Shown: one piece after another, positions 40,335-54,820 of the stretch
Numbering within the stretch: the first letter of the stretch is position 1
How the letters are laid out: each line of letters begins with the position of its first letter
Assembly (NCBI GenBank): GCA_951406725.2
Contig: OX597834.1
Location: forward strand, 12,400,001 to 12,464,000
Length of the DNA: 64,000 nt
Origin: Octopus vulgaris
Taxonomy: Eukaryota
Direction of reading: 5' to 3'
Notes under the pieces: generated by a model
Database searches by the model: none
What the model saw: only the letters and a program-made list of their open reading frames with translations
What the model was told of the DNA's origin: nothing
Made by a program: the position numbers and the translations under genes

Positions 40335-40792
40335 CACGAAAATGTGTGTGTTTATCAATGTGAATTTTTATACGTATTTTTATGTGTTGAGTATGATTTT
40401 GTGCAGGACATATCGAACAGTTATTTCTCTATAGCTCTGTCGGTCTATTTAATTCTCTCTATCTCTCTATCTATCTACCTGTCTATATACCTAATTATCT
40501 ACCTATTTATCTATTTGTATATCTATCTATCTACCTACCCGTCTGTCTATCTACCTACCCGTCTGTCTATCTACCTACCCATCTGTCTATCTATCTACCT
40601 ACCCGTCTGTCTATCTACCTACCCATCTGTCTATCTACCTACCCGTCTGTCTATCTACCTACCCATCTGTCTATCTATCTACCTACCCATCTGTCTATCT
40701 ATCTATCTACCTACCCATCTGTCTATCTACCTAACTATCTACCTACCCATCTGTCTGTCTATCTACCTAACTATCTACCTATCTACACACAC

Positions 40793-40877
<85 letters not shown>

Positions 40878-41254
40878 ATGATTGAGTGAGAGGGTGAAAG
40901 AACGAGACAGAGAGTCAGAGAGCTGCATAGATATACATACATACATACATACATACATAGCAGCGTACATATGTGCATACGTACACCTGCATAAACACAC
41001 ATACACATAGGAATTCGTCGAACCATTCACAAAATACAGGTAAGCATTCGTTCAGGCTATTAGGTCCTTCCGATAGATCCCTGAACAAGGAGCCTTCCGC
41101 AAATCGCCGGGTACATAGTCTATAAAGGCAGTGAGTCACTGACTACCGACATAAGTAAACTTTCTTCATATGTTCTCCACTCTACCTACAATACAGTATA
41201 TATCTCAAAACGCTGAAGTTAGGGTATTTACATAGACGTATCCCTTTCTCTTTT

Positions 41255-42200
41255 CTCTTTTACTTGTTTCAGTCATTTGACTGCGGCCATGCTGGAGCAC
41301 CGCCTTTTAGTCGAGCAACACATATATACATATATTCGACAGGCTTCTTTCAGTGTCCGTCTACCAAATCCACTCACAAGGCATTGGTCGGCCTGGTGCT
41401 ACAGCAGAAGACACTTGCCCAAGATGCCACGCAGTGGGCCTGAACCAAGAACCATGTCGTTGGTTAGCAAGCTACTTACCATACAGCCACTCATTTTTTT
41501 ATTCATGTACTTACTTCAGGTGGTTTCCGCTTGTAAGACTGTATATAATAAGTGTGTATGTATACGTATGTATTTCTGTAAATATATTCAATGAAAATGT
41601 GAACAGAATTTACAATCACGTCAGAAAGGCTAGTTATAGCTGTTATTGATTGATAAATAGATCTTCTATGTTGAAACTTCAGCAGAGAAAAATATACGAA
41701 GAAAATCCCGTTCTAAAATCCCTTACATAATATATAATACAATATAGCATAATATGATATATTATATACATACATATCTATCAATCTGTGTGTATATATA
41801 TTTATATATATACACACACAGATAGATACATACATACATACATACATAGACAGTTAGACAGATAGACAGAGACAGGTGCCTGTGGGGTAAGAAGCTTACT
41901 TCCCTATCGCATGTTTCCAGTTTCAATTCCACTGCGTGGAAACTTGGGCGAGGGTCTTCCACTATAGCCCACTATAGCCGACCAAAGCCTTGTGAGTGGA
42001 TTTGGTAGACGGAAACTGAAAGAAGCACGTTGTGTGTGTGTGTGTGTATATATATAAATATATATATATATATATAAATATATGTGCATGTGTGTGTGCC
42101 TTGAACATCGCGTGACAACCGATGTTGGCGCGTTTACGTCCCCGTAACTTAGCGATGCTACAGCATGGCCACAGTCAAATGACTGAATCAAGTAAAAGAA
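41255..42200. mobile_element. Two internally deleted family-A SINEs in divergent orientation (41255-41492 -, 41875-42200 +)
   Basis: Family-A motifs. Confidence 0.78.
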
Positions 42201-42591
42201 TGTATATATGCACATACACAAAGACACACCCACACTCACATAGCAGGTTCATTCACTCATCATTAACCAAGTCAAAGCTCTTGTAGAGTGGATTACAGTG
42301 GCACCAAAAACATGTGGTTACTAAGCGATCTTCTAAACAACAACAATATATATAGACACACACACACAAAGATACACACACGAGAGGCTCTTTTCAGTTT
42401 TCGCCCGTCAAATGCAGTCACAAGGTTTTGGTCGGCTATAGTGGAAACTGCCCAATGAGCAACACAGTGGGTCTGAAACCCGGAACCATGTGGCTGAGAA
42501 CCAAGCTTAGCACACAGTCACGCCTGTGCCGCTATGTATATATATATATATATATATATACATACACGCGCAGATACACACACATACCCAC

Positions 42592-42633
<42 letters not shown>

Positions 42634-42637
<4 letters not shown>

Positions 42638-42810
42638 AGAGTTTACGAAAAAAACAAAAGACGAAGACAGGTTGTGTACAAATTAAAAACAGATATATTA
42701 GTATAACGCTCATGAATAGAAAACGTCTTTTACGTTTCGAGCCTACGCTCTTCTACAAAAAGGGACACAGAAAAACAAGGAGAGAAAAAGCATGTGTGTA
42801 GTGGCTAACG

Positions 42811-42813
<3 letters not shown>
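42634..42813 (-). mobile_element. Family H5 repeat within (TA)n, hammerhead-like motif at 42727-42762
   Basis: Homologous to 47478-47650 and 12245-12418. Confidence 0.75.
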
Positions 42814-42846
<33 letters not shown>

Positions 42847-43009
42847 AGAGTGAGAAATTATATACTAATTTAATTAACATCGATTTCATACCACTGGTCT
42901 GGCATTAAAGAACTGAAGGTTCAGTATATATATATATATATATAATAAACCTTTACATAAATAAATAACGTGAAATACACGAAGGGACGAACAAAAAGAC
43001 AAACGGGTC

Positions 43010-43056
<47 letters not shown>

Positions 43057-44000
43057 GGGCGTGGCTGTATGGTAAGAAACTTGCTTCCCAACCACATGGG
43101 CAAGTGTTTTCTACTATATCATCGGGACGTCCGTTGTCTTGTGAGTGGATTAGATAGATGGAAACTGAAAGAAGCCCGTCGTGTCTATGTGGATACATTC
43201 GCATAATTGTGTTTTTGTCTTTATCTGTGCCCCTCTACCGCTGTTGGTGTGCATATGTCCCCGTCACTTAGCAGTTCTGGGAAACGGTATATCGATAGAA
43301 TTATCATAAAAGCTTGAAGAAATTTCAGTACTGGGGTCGATAGGTTCGACTATAAATTCTTGAAGGCACTGCCCTCGTATGGCTGCCATCTAATGACTGA
43401 AACCAGTAAAAGATAAAAGTATGAAAGATATATAGAGAGAGATAGAGAGAGAGAGAGAGAAAGAGACAGATAGCCACCAGATTGATAGATATGCAAATGC
43501 ACACGAATACATACACACATGTACATACGCATACATACACATACATCCACGTACATACGTACGTACATATATGCATGCCTACATATAGCTGGATAGCTAG
43601 ACAAATGTAGATATAATAGCGTTTGTACAGTGAGTTGTGTGGTTGAGCAATGTGCGAACACGTCTCAGGAAGAATGAGTGAAACTAAAAGAAATTTAGAA
43701 AAAATATGGAAGGATGGTTGTGTTTATTAGATGCGAACGAATAAGTACGGTGTACGATAGGAGCAACAACTATTCAGACATTCTCACACAAACACTGTAA
43801 TATAGAGGTGGGTAGAGGCGCTTACGTTATGGGTCTTTTGCACACGAATACATACATTTGTCCCTCGATATATGGAGGTTCACCTATAGAGATTTATTAT
43901 TTAAGCATTGGTCAATTCCTCCGTGGTGTTGTTATCCATTTATAATAATAATATATATATATATATACACATAAAAATTACAAAAGTAATATATATGCAT

Positions 44001-44811
44001 ATAGGCACAGGAGTGGCTGTGTGGTAAGTAGCTTGCTTAACAACCACATGGTTCCGGGTTCAGTCCCATCTGACATAAGGCACATCTTGCTCCTATAGAA
44101 GTAGTGTCGATTTAACGGAGGGAATAACCTTATGTGAACGCAAACATTTGATCACTGTAAAGAAATTATCATATGCGTAAGAGTTCATGCGTGGCACCTT
44201 GGGCAAGTGTCTTCTACTATAGCCTCGGGCAGACCAAAGCCTTGTGAGTGGATTTGGTAGACGGAAACTGAAAGAAGCATGTCGTATATATGTGTATATG
44301 TGTGTGCGATTGTCTTCTGTGTTTGTCCCCCCCTCCTCCAACATCTCTTGGCAATCGATACTGGTGTGTTTACGTCCCCCTAACTTAGCGGCTCGGCAAA
44401 AAGAAACCGATAGAATAAGTACTAAACTTACAACGAATAAGTTCTGGGGTCGATTTGCTCGACTAAAGGTGGTGCTCCAGCATGACCTCAGTCAGATGAC
44501 TGAAACAAGTAAAAGAGTAAATGAGTATAGCCGCAAAAGTGGCTGTGTGGCAAGTAGCTTGCTTACCAACTACATGGTTCCGGTTTCAGTCCCACTACGT
44601 GGCACCATGGGCAAGTAAGTGTCTTCTACTATAGCCTCGAGTAGACCAAAGCCTTGTGAGTAGATTTGGTAGACGGAAATTTAGATTCAGGTGAATTAGG
44701 TATCCAAGTTGAGACCCAGAATTCAGTACGGTATTATCCATACAGTTTCAAAACAAGGTGATTAAAATTAAAATAAACAACTTATAACCTGTTGCTTGAT
44801 TTGATTTATAG

Positions 44812-44852
<41 letters not shown>

Positions 44853-45068
44853 TATATGTTTGTGTATCTGTGTTTGTCCTCCCAGCATCCCTTGACAACC
44901 GTTGTTGGTGTGTTTACGTCTCCGTAACTTAGCAGTTCGGCAAAAGACACCGATAGAATAAGTACTAGGCTTACAGAGAACAAGCCCTGTGGTCAATTTG
45001 CTCGACTAAAGGTGGTGCTCCAGCATCGCCGCAGTCAAATTACTGAAGCAAGCAAAAGAATGAAAGAA
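44001..45068 (+). mobile_element. Tandem family-A SINEs; the first has an about 120-bp insert (44070-44188), the second is split
   Basis: Heads at about 44005 and 44538; 3' ends at about 44520 and 45068. Confidence 0.85.
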
Positions 45069-45111
45069 TACAGTACAGTACTGTTTCTACTTCACTGATT
45101 GCAGGGGTTTT

Positions 45112-45630
45112 TAATAATAATAATAATAATAATAATGAAATTATTGCATTCAGTGCTCAGGTGCACCACAACTTGTCAAAAGTGCGTATAAAGCTTATGC
45201 AGTAAAGTACAAATGTCTGGAAAGTGAACAATGTCTGAGTCAGATACATGCTTGTGTGTGTATGAAGGAGAGAAAATCAGGTGTAGTGTTGGCGAATCTC
45301 AGGAAGCATGGAAGTTTTGAAGGATGCAGTGCTCCGACAACTAACAATTGATGCCGGTAGTTTGTTCCATGCTTCAGCAACTTTTAGTGTGAAAAAATGT
45401 TTCCGAAAGTCATGGGAGCTGTGCTGTTTTCTGACTTTGTAAACATGTCCACGGGTGTTAGACAGGTGGAGTTTGAAAAGGTGCTCAGAGTTATTGTTAG
45501 TAAGATGGTTAATAATTTTATGGGTGTCTGCCAAGTCAGCTGCCAGACGTCGGAGTTTCAATGTATCCATACCCAGGGAAGTAAGGCGTTCAGAATATGG
45601 CAAATGTCTGATGGAGGGTATTCTCTTGGA
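45112..45630 (-). mobile_element. 5'-truncated CR1-group LINE 3' end with (TTA)n tail
   Basis: ORF 45277-45639 has LPYSERL..L...L.LRRL..DL, TRGH..K and FF..V..WN.LP motifs; tail at 45112-45135. Confidence 0.88.
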
Positions 45631-47437
45631 CTGCAACACCCACGATAGTCAAGGGATTACTCTGTATACAGATACAGAGCGATCCCTTGAATACCGCGGG
45701 TGCTATGGATTGATTTAAGGATCTATTGTTTACAATACTATCACGTGGCAAAGCATGCGTAAAGAAATACGGTAAGGTAAAAAAATTATTAATTGATAAT
45801 TAAGTGTGATACAAGTACCACCAGTACGCTAGAAATAGCAGTTGAAAGACGACTACAATTAGAAATTTTCACTGTTCCACATTAACTGAAATCGGGGGGG
45901 AATGTGCAGAAATTCTAAGCCCCCCGTACTAATAACGAAAAGAACCGTGAAAATTAGTGAAAATTGGTGGTTGCAGTCGTCTTCTGGCTGCTATTTTTAG
46001 CATTCGGGTGCTATTTGTTGCTCAATTCATTATTTATACAGATAGATATGTTTGTGAGTGCGTGTATGTGTGAGAGAAAGTGTGTGTGTGTGTGTGTGTG
46101 TGTTTCTGTGTCTAGATCTATTTTTGTATGTAAACATGAATAAACGTAAATGTCTATCTTAATATATATGTGCGTGTGTCTATCACGTATATCGCTTATA
46201 TATATATACATATGTGTGTGTGTATATATATATATATATTTTGTCGCGTATATATATGTGTGCCTGTATGTGTATATACATATATGTATATTTATATGAG
46301 TGTGTGTGTGTGTTTCTGTGTCTATATTTGTTTTTGTATGTAAACATGAATAAACGTATCTGTGTCTACCTCAGTATATATATGCGTGTGTGTATCACGT
46401 ATATATCCCACGTGTATGTGTGTGTGTGTATATATATGTGTGTATGTGTTTATATATATTTTTATCGCGTATATATGTGCCTGTATGTGTACATATGTGT
46501 ATATACATACATGTATATGTATACATGAGTGTGTGTGTGTGTGTGCGTATGTGCATACACCCACGGTTATACACCCGCATACTCACACACCTGCACGCAG
46601 TTAATTTTGTAGCCAAGTCTGTTCGTATCTTAATTGACTAAGTGCTCAGAAGTTGTACACAATGATATATGTATTTGAATATGCGTGTATGCGTATACAT
46701 TCATATTTGTAGCGATGTATATTTCTTCGTATGTTTGTATTTATTGCGTTAGAATTTATGTATAAACATGTTTACATACTTTATATATATTTTAAAAATA
46801 AATATATATATATATATACAAGTATACATACACTCACATATGTATATATATATGTAAGTATATATGCATAAAAGCATGTATGTATCTATGTATGTGCATA
46901 TGTGTGTAAATGTTGAAATTCTTTGATTAGTTGTAATGTCTAGACAAAACTAGACAATTTCCAAATTGTTCTTCAGATAGGTGAATATTCTGCAATTGGA
47001 GAAGTTCAAGGGAAACGCCCGAATCAGATACCGGCCAATTACTTCCGGCTAATTTGTTTTGGATGCAATTCCGAAAACTGTTGGAACTACGCGGATAATA
47101 AATGAAGGTAATCTTTCGCAAATGATGTTTCGTGGATATAGTTTCGCTCCACGAATTCCTCTTTAGCAACTGATTCCTTCAACGATAAAGCAGAAATTCA
47201 TACGAGGAAATTAAATTGATGGGCATGTACTTTTTTTTTTTTTTATGTGAAAGGTGGCCATGCGGCAAGATTTCTTCCCATACACATGGTTTCGGATTTA
47301 GTTCTCCTGCGCAGCATTTTGAGCAACTATCTTCTATAAGCCTCGAAGGGTGTATGAAATGCTTTGAGCCTTGTACTTTCATCAGAAGTCGTGTACCATG
47401 CTTTGTTATTTTGAGGCTCAAGATGTTTCATACACCT

Positions 47438-47477
<40 letters not shown>

Positions 47478-47479
<2 letters not shown>

Positions 47480-47650
47480 GAGAGTTTATGAAAAAAAACA
47501 ATAGATGAAAACAGGTGGTGTACAAAATAAACAGATGTATTAGTATAACGCTCAGGAATAGAAAAAGTCTTTTACGTTTCGAGCCTACGCTCTTCTACAG
47601 AAAGGGACACAGAAAAAACAAGGAGAGAAAAAAAAGGAGAGAAAAAAAGA
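47478..47650 (-). mobile_element. Family H5 repeat, hammerhead-like motif at 47569-47604
   Basis: Minus strand: CTTT-CTGTAGA-A-GAGC gtag GCTC-GAAA-CG-TA-AAAG. Confidence 0.75.
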
Positions 47651-48065
47651 AGAGTTTGTATGTATGTGTATATATATATATATATATATGTATTTGTGTG
47701 TGTGTGTCTTTGCGCCTGTGTTTCTTTCCCACCACCGCTTGATAATGGACGTTGGTGTGTCGACGTTTCCGTATCTAGCAGTTCAGCAAACCAGTACGAC
47801 ACAATTTCAACTGATATGCTGGAATAATTTCATACGCACGTTTCAGGTCTGCGTATTGAATACTACGAAATGCACAAATTTACGTAGTACGTAAGATCTT
47901 CCTCAGTAAATAACATATACGATCGGCTTCTCTCAGTTGATGAGATACACAATAGCAGTCAGTTATTGACTTTTATTCGTCTTTGCGAGTGTGATAAGTG
48001 TGTGCGTGGCGTGAGTGTTTGTTTGTATGTGCGTGTTTGTGTATATATATATATATATATATCTT

Positions 48066-48193
48066 CTGTTGAGTCTGGGAGAGTCATTCTCTTTTAGTGC
48101 CTTATTATTTAACACACTCAGCGGTAAAATTTCCACTTATTTCTTATTTTTATACTCATAAAGAATCTTGCAAACCAAATCCAAAAATGAAAT
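48066..48193. mobile_element. Internally deleted H3 element (left arm joined to tail)
   Basis: Matches 20755-20840, then 21092-21133. Confidence 0.8.
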
Positions 48194-48279
48194 AATATAT
48201 ATATAAACACACACACACACATATATATATACACACATATATAGATACATATATACATATGCAGATATATATATATATT

Positions 48280-48362
<83 letters not shown>

Positions 48363-49709
48363 GGATATGTGCATGTTATCTTATGTTTTATTTTCTTATT
48401 TTTCACTATAAAATAGGTGTTCTGTGAGTCCTTAGGCTAAATAACAAAATACTTGCTCAAGGTAAACGCAGTGGGACTGAACACAGGATTATGTGCTTCA
48501 AAAGCCATCTTCTTACCACACTCCCACCCTGCATAGATGCCAGAGACGTTGTAGAAAAAAGTGCTGTATGGTCACGGATGTAGGCTTTGCTTATAAAATG
48601 TGGCATTCAGTTTTCAGTTGTGGTTCACCTGAGTCTAAACAATGACGGCAATCGACAAGAAAAGCGAAGGAGTCAATAAAATGCCGTGATGTGGCGGGTC
48701 TATTTGGTACAAAAAAATTACTAATAATCTTCAGTTACAATCTATATGCGCAAGTAACAAATAATTCATTGAGAAATTTCGTCATTGCTTTCCATAAACT
48801 ACATTATTTTCGCTGGTGGACAAGCCTTTCGTCACTAGCTTGATTTCTTTTAAAGTAGCAACAACAGCGCCACTTAAAAAAAACATAAATGTGTCTGAAG
48901 TATTATGTACTGTACTACCATTCTCTGTGTGAAATAAATATTGTTTTACGTCTCATAATAAGAGTTGAAGCTTACTGATTTTTATTTCATTAAGAATAAC
49001 ATATTTCACGATGGGGAAACTTAAAAACTGATTGGGAAATAATTACGCGGTAGGGAAAAAAAATTACTAAAAAACAAAAAAAAAAATGACTATTAGCGAC
49101 GGAAGCAGTATTAGTGCCAAAGGGAAATCTTTATAGCCAACTTAACGTGGCTGTCTTCTTCGACAAGACAACCACGTTAAATTAGATATGAAGATTACAT
49201 TTCTTCCGTCGCGGATAATTAATCTTTAATGAGCTTGCTTGGCTATTTGCGATATCAGTGACTGAAAAGAGACTGAATTTCTGTATATTATGGCAACTTG
49301 TTGAAGAGGAGTTGAAGAATGATAGAAGTAGAAGAGGAATGTGATACGGGCTTCTGAGATACTCTGAGCTATTTAACAGTCAAGAGAGACTCTTGCTGTC
49401 CCCACCGAGAAAACAAAGAATTCATAGTCCCCAATACTCATCTTTTACCGCAGTGTTTCTCAAACAAAGATCCTAGTGATGTCCCCGGGGGGCGGGGGGG
49501 CTGCCATTGAGGATGTGTACTAAACTGAGGTAGCGTTTTTTGGAAGTTCCGACACCTACAACAGACGATTCTCCGCTGCTATGATTTATTTCTGTTTCCA
49601 TGCACCATGCGACTATACGACAGGACGACTCAGGGTTAAAAGCAACATTCAGCGTTCTAACGAGTCGTTAGATATAAAAATATTAATTATTATTATTTTG
49701 ATTACATCT

Positions 49710-50246
49710 AAGGCAACGAGCTAGCAGAATCGTTAGCACGCTGGACAAAATGCTTTGCAGTATTTCGCTTGTTGTTACGTTCTGAGTTCAAATTCCGCAG
49801 AGGTCGACTTTGTCTTTCATCTTTTTTGGGGCCGATAAATTAAGTACACGTATTGGGGTCGATATGATAGCCTTAACCCCTCCCCGCAATTTTCAGGTCT
49901 TGTGCTTATAGTAGCAAGTATTATTTTAATTAGATCTTTAACAAAAGGATGACGGTTGTCTGTGAAATATAGCCATAACGAAAGATACTCAAGAATTAGT
50001 AATGGGAGAATCATTATATATTTCTTTACTACTCCACAAGGGTCTAAACACAGAGGGGACAAACAAGGACAGAGAAACGGATTAATTTGATTACATCGAC
50101 ACCAGTGTGTAACTGGTACTTAATTTATCGACCCCGAAAGGATGAAAGGCAAAGTCGACCGCGGCGAAATTTGAACTCGGAACGTAACGACATACGAAAT
50201 ACGGCTACGCATTTCGCCCGGCGTGCTAACGTTTCTGCCAGCTCGC
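49710..50246. mobile_element. Convergent pair of family-B SINEs (49710-49920 +, 50020-50246 -)
   Basis: Family-B motifs in both orientations. Confidence 0.85.
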
Positions 50247-51434
50247 AACATGCATACGAGCGGCCTTATTTTCGTAAAGTGCTCTACTGTTGTATGTATC
50301 TATTTATTTATTTATTTATTTTGAATGAGAAAAAGTTGGCTGTCCCTCTCTCGAAATTTCATTTTCTATATAAAATGAAAGAAAAACGCTCACAATGCCC
50401 CACCGTAGTTTTGTTTTCAGAGCAACGGAAGAGATTCCGACAGATTTAAGCACACACACAGACACACAAACACAAGCACACATTCGCAAAGAAAAACAAA
50501 TGTCAATAATTGAATGTTATTGTTTATCGACCTTGATAAGATAAAAAGCAAAGCATACATCGTTACAGGTTGAACTACCAGCGAAAAGAACCAGCGAAAT
50601 ACAACGTAAAGCAATCTGGGACTTCTGTTCTCGTAGGCGAAGAAAAACAAGAATGTTTTGATAATAAATTAGACGGAAATACGATCATTAAGTGAGTATT
50701 AAAACAAAAACGCATGCTTTTGCAACTTTTAATTCCGACTTCTATTTTTAACAGGTTAAAAGGTGGGAGATTGTACAGCTCTTTGACAAGTTTTAAAGAT
50801 TTCGAGACGAGTGCTAAGAATGAAGTTGTTCTGAAATCGGAGATATGTCACGAATTTTTTACGAAAGAATAAAAATCTCTTATTTCAGAAATGATCAACC
50901 GTGATGTTAAATATTCCCACGATTCTAGTTTACCATTAATTCTTCTTAATTTTCACTAAAGGCACAAGTGCTGTTGTAGTTTACCATTAATGAAAAGAAA
51001 TACAATTTCATTCAAGCTTTCCAAGCTGTTTCCATGTTTCACAATTTTGCCCAGAACGGTTTTCGCAGCTAGAACTATAGTATAAAACATTAGTTTCTAA
51101 TTTTGTCACAAAGCCAGCAATTTCGGGAGAGGGCTCAAGTCATTTAAATCACCCCCCCGTGTTTAAGAGGTATTTATGTTATCGATGCCGAAAGGATAAA
51201 AAGCAATGTCAACTTCGGTGTCCATTTTCTGAGTCCCCGAAGACGGACGAAATGCCGCTATGCTTTTTGTTCGCTATGCTCACCGCCTTAATATGGTATG
51301 GCACAGTGGCATGAATTATTTGCTCAATATGCCGATTAGTAAAATCGAACTACGCACCATTTGTCTCTGAGGTGAAGCCGTTTACCACTTAGCTATGCTT
51401 ATACCAACAAAAAAAGAAAATGAAAAAATGTTAG

Positions 51435-51598
51435 TGGTGGCTGTGTGGTAAGTAGCTTGATTACCAACCACATGGTTCCGGGTTCATTCCCACTTCATGG
51501 CACCTTGGGTAAATGTCTTCTACTATAGCCTCGGGCCGACCAAAGCCTTGGGAGTGGATTTGGTAGACGGAAACTGAAAGAAGCCCGTCGTATATATG

Positions 51599-51634
<36 letters not shown>

Positions 51635-51842
51635 CGTGTTTGTGTGTCTGTGTTTGTCCCCCTAGCATTTCTTGACAACCGATGCTGGTGTGTTTACGTC
51701 CCCGTAACTTAGCGGTTCGGTAAAAGAGACCGATAGAATAAGTACTAGGCTTACAAAGAATAAGTCCTGGGGTCGATTTTCTCGACTAAAAGATGGTGCT
51801 CCAGCATGGTCACAGTCAAATGACTGATACAAGTAAAAGAAT
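51435..51842 (+). mobile_element. Family-A SINE, full length
   Basis: A box tggctgtgtgg, B box ggttcattcc, CORE-like caccttgggtaa. Confidence 0.92.
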
Positions 51843-51967
51843 AATAGTTGTCTTTATATTTTGTTTAGTTTTATGGTTATTTTTAATGTGAAGATGGACA
51901 TCTCCATATCAAAGTGTGAGGCGTGAACCTCTTTCATTCGTTGTCTTGTCATATTTCAGTAGTAGTA

Positions 51968-52350
51968 GAAGCACTCCGTCGGTTACGACGACGAGGGTTC
52001 CGGTTGATCCGATCAACGGAACAGCCCGCTCGTGAAATTAACGTCTAAGTGGCTGAGCACTCCACAGACACGTGTACTCTTAACGCAGTTCTCGGGGATA
52101 TTCAGCGTGACACAGAGAGTGACAAGGCCGGCCCTTTGAAATACAGGTACAACAGAAACAGGAAGTAAGAGTGAGAGAAAGTTGTGGTGAAAGTGTACAG
52201 CAGGGATCGCCACCATCCCCTGCCGGTGCCTCGTGGAGCTTTAGGTGTTTTCGCTCAATAAACACTCACAACGCCCGGTCTGGGAATCGAAATCGCGATC
52301 CTACGACCGCGAGTCCGCTGCCCTAACCACTGGGCCATTGCGCCTCCACT
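51968..52350 (-). mobile_element. Family-C SINE, full length
   Basis: Reverse complement of 12487-12870. Confidence 0.92.
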
Positions 52351-52843
52351 GTCATATTTTATTTTCTTATTAAAAAGATAAATGCGCCCTTTTGTTTCCT
52401 TTCCCATTTCAACCATAAACATCTCATATGTTATGATATTCCGCCGTGGTCGACTTTGCCTTTCATCCTTTCGGGGTCGATTAAATAAGTACCAGTTATT
52501 CACTGGAGTCGGTAAAATCGACTTAATCCGCTTGTCTGTCTTTGTTTGTCCTCTCTGTGTTTAGCCCCTTTTGTGTAGTAAAGAAATAGAAATAGATATT
52601 GTTCTATGTATACTACAGTACAGGTGTGCGTTAGCTTTTGTAGACAGGATAGATGCCGTTCAAAGTAAATATTTATCTCAACATCTTAATATAGTATAGT
52701 CGCAGGCGTGGAAGTGTGATAAGAAGTTCGCTTCTCAACCATATGCTTCCCGGTTCAGTCCATGGAGTTGACTCATCACCTTGGGCCGACGACAGTGTTG
52801 TTAGTGGATTTGGTCGACGGAAACTGAAAGAAACCTGTGTTTG

Positions 52844-52868
<25 letters not shown>

Positions 52869-52874
<6 letters not shown>

Positions 52875-53168
52875 AAGAATGGGATATCTGACTCGCTAGA
52901 AAGAGCAGTTAAAACTCTAAGCCACCAATTGCAGGGTCTAGGATTAAGGTAAAATTTTTTATTTTCCAATCACTTTCGGAATTACAACAATTGGTGGCTT
53001 TGAGTTTTAACTGCTCTTTCTAGCGAGTCAGATATCCTATTCTTCGGGTATCTCTGTGTTTCAATGCACACTGTATTCTTCTCTGAATAATGTATTGTCT
53101 ATTGACTGGTAACTAAGAATTTTTCGATGAATATTCTTGCTACCATAAGATTTTAATTAATGATAATA
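52869..53168. mobile_element. Fold-back element (about 63-bp arms plus about 115-bp tail) inside the TA tract of a family-A SINE
   Basis: Arms 52869-52931 and 52988-53050; SINE halves at about 52703-52840 and 53200-53325. Confidence 0.8.
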
Positions 53169-53986
53169 TATATATTATATACTATACATACACGTAACTG
53201 TGTGTCTGTGTGTACTGTATCTGAATTTGTTTCCCAGTACCGCTTGCCAACAGGTATTTCTGTGTTTAAGTCCACGTACTTAGCGGTTCGGCAAAAGAAA
53301 CCAATTGTATAACTACTAGACTTAAAAAACAAAAATTAATGACTTGATGGAACACGACAAATAGGTAAGACGAACTATGTTCAAGTACTGTCTGCCTCTG
53401 TATGTGTTATGGGCGAATCTTGTACAACCCCACGTGACCGAAAGAGGGCGAACGGATTTCGATAAAGAACTCTGTTGTGAACTATCGAGGGTATTGGACA
53501 GTGTTAATCGACTGTTTTGTCCACTGTGTAAGTTCAACGTGTGTTGGTTTAATATCGTACGTACGCTGGAGTAGTACGGAATAAGTTCTGTGTGAACATA
53601 ATAATTCTGCGATCGGTTATTTTAAATAAACCACAATCTAAATCTATATTTGTGTGAAGCTAATTTACACCCGACGTGTACACCCACGTTATAACAGTAT
53701 ATACATATGTGTGTATGTGTTTTGCGCTTTGTTGCCCGCAACAGCTTGACAGAGTTGTTTTGTGTACGTCTTCGTAGCCTAGCATTTCGAAATTACAGAC
53801 AGTATATGCACCCGACTGTAAACTATTTAAATACTGAGTCCCTTCATTCGACAATTTTAATTGAGTGGTTATTGCATTAAGATTAAGAGTGATTCTCTAT
53901 CTGTAATATATAGCTGGCTATTCGCCCTCAGGTCATAGCTTATTGACTCTGAAACAAAAAAATGACGCAGGAATCACGCAATAATA

Positions 53987-54542
53987 CAGGGTCAGGCAAA
54001 ATGATCTGACACATTTGTAGGTTAAATAAAAGGCATTGTTTTTCGTTTCTTTTTCAGTTGCTGCCATGAATTGGACTGGTGAGCATCGCGCTTTCATTGT
54101 GGAAACGCTTATCAAAACAAACGATTCTGTAACTGCAACACAAAGAGCGTTCCGTTTGCACTTCAATCTTGGTAGACATGATCCCGTACCAGCTCGAAAC
54201 ACGATCTTGTTATGGGTTACCAACTTCAGAGCTACTGGATCTGCATTGAAACGAAAATCAACCGGCCGACCTCGCACCGCCAGAACTTAAAGATGCAATT
54301 CGTCAAGAAATTACTGCCATTCCACATGAAATGACCCGCCGAGTTATTGACAACTTTCGTGAACGCCTTCGACAGTGTGTGGACAATAATGGATCCCATT
54401 TGACTGATTTAATTTTTAAAACATAATGAAACAAAATGGCATTATATGTACTTTTCAAAATTAAAAACACTTTTTTGTTTCTTTACTTCATTTGCCTTTT
54501 ATTTAACCTACAAATGTGTCAGATCATTTTGTCTGACGCTTG
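53987..54542 (+). mobile_element. Internally deleted Tc1/mariner-superfamily element
   Basis: About 50-bp TIRs (CAGGGTCAGGCAAAATGATCTGACACATTTGTAGG...) preceded by TA; N-terminal HTH (MNWTGEHRAFIVE...TGRPRT) joined out of frame to the C-terminus (ELKDAIRQEI...RLRQCVDNNGSHL); DDE domain missing. Confidence 0.88.
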
Positions 54543-54788
54543 TCCTCCAAAAATGACAAAAAGTGTCACGGCTGGACTAAATCTGAATATAGAAGTACTA
54601 GATCAAGGCTATTTTTGACTTAAACAATTTACCATATAATTTACCACAAGGAATTCGAACTGGTAACTAATTTTAGTCGCTAGGCAACACATTACTCATA
54701 GGTTACGACATCATATATCATAGCTGTTATTCAGTGAGTTGTAACAATTTCTTATCTATTGCCAAGACGCTAGGGATTAACAATTCAT

Positions 54789-54820
<32 letters not shown>

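Noticed and set aside
46943-46980. Hammerhead-like strings here, at about 21485-21522 and at 57770-57796
   Set aside because: Helices too short or mispaired; expected by chance in AT-rich DNA.
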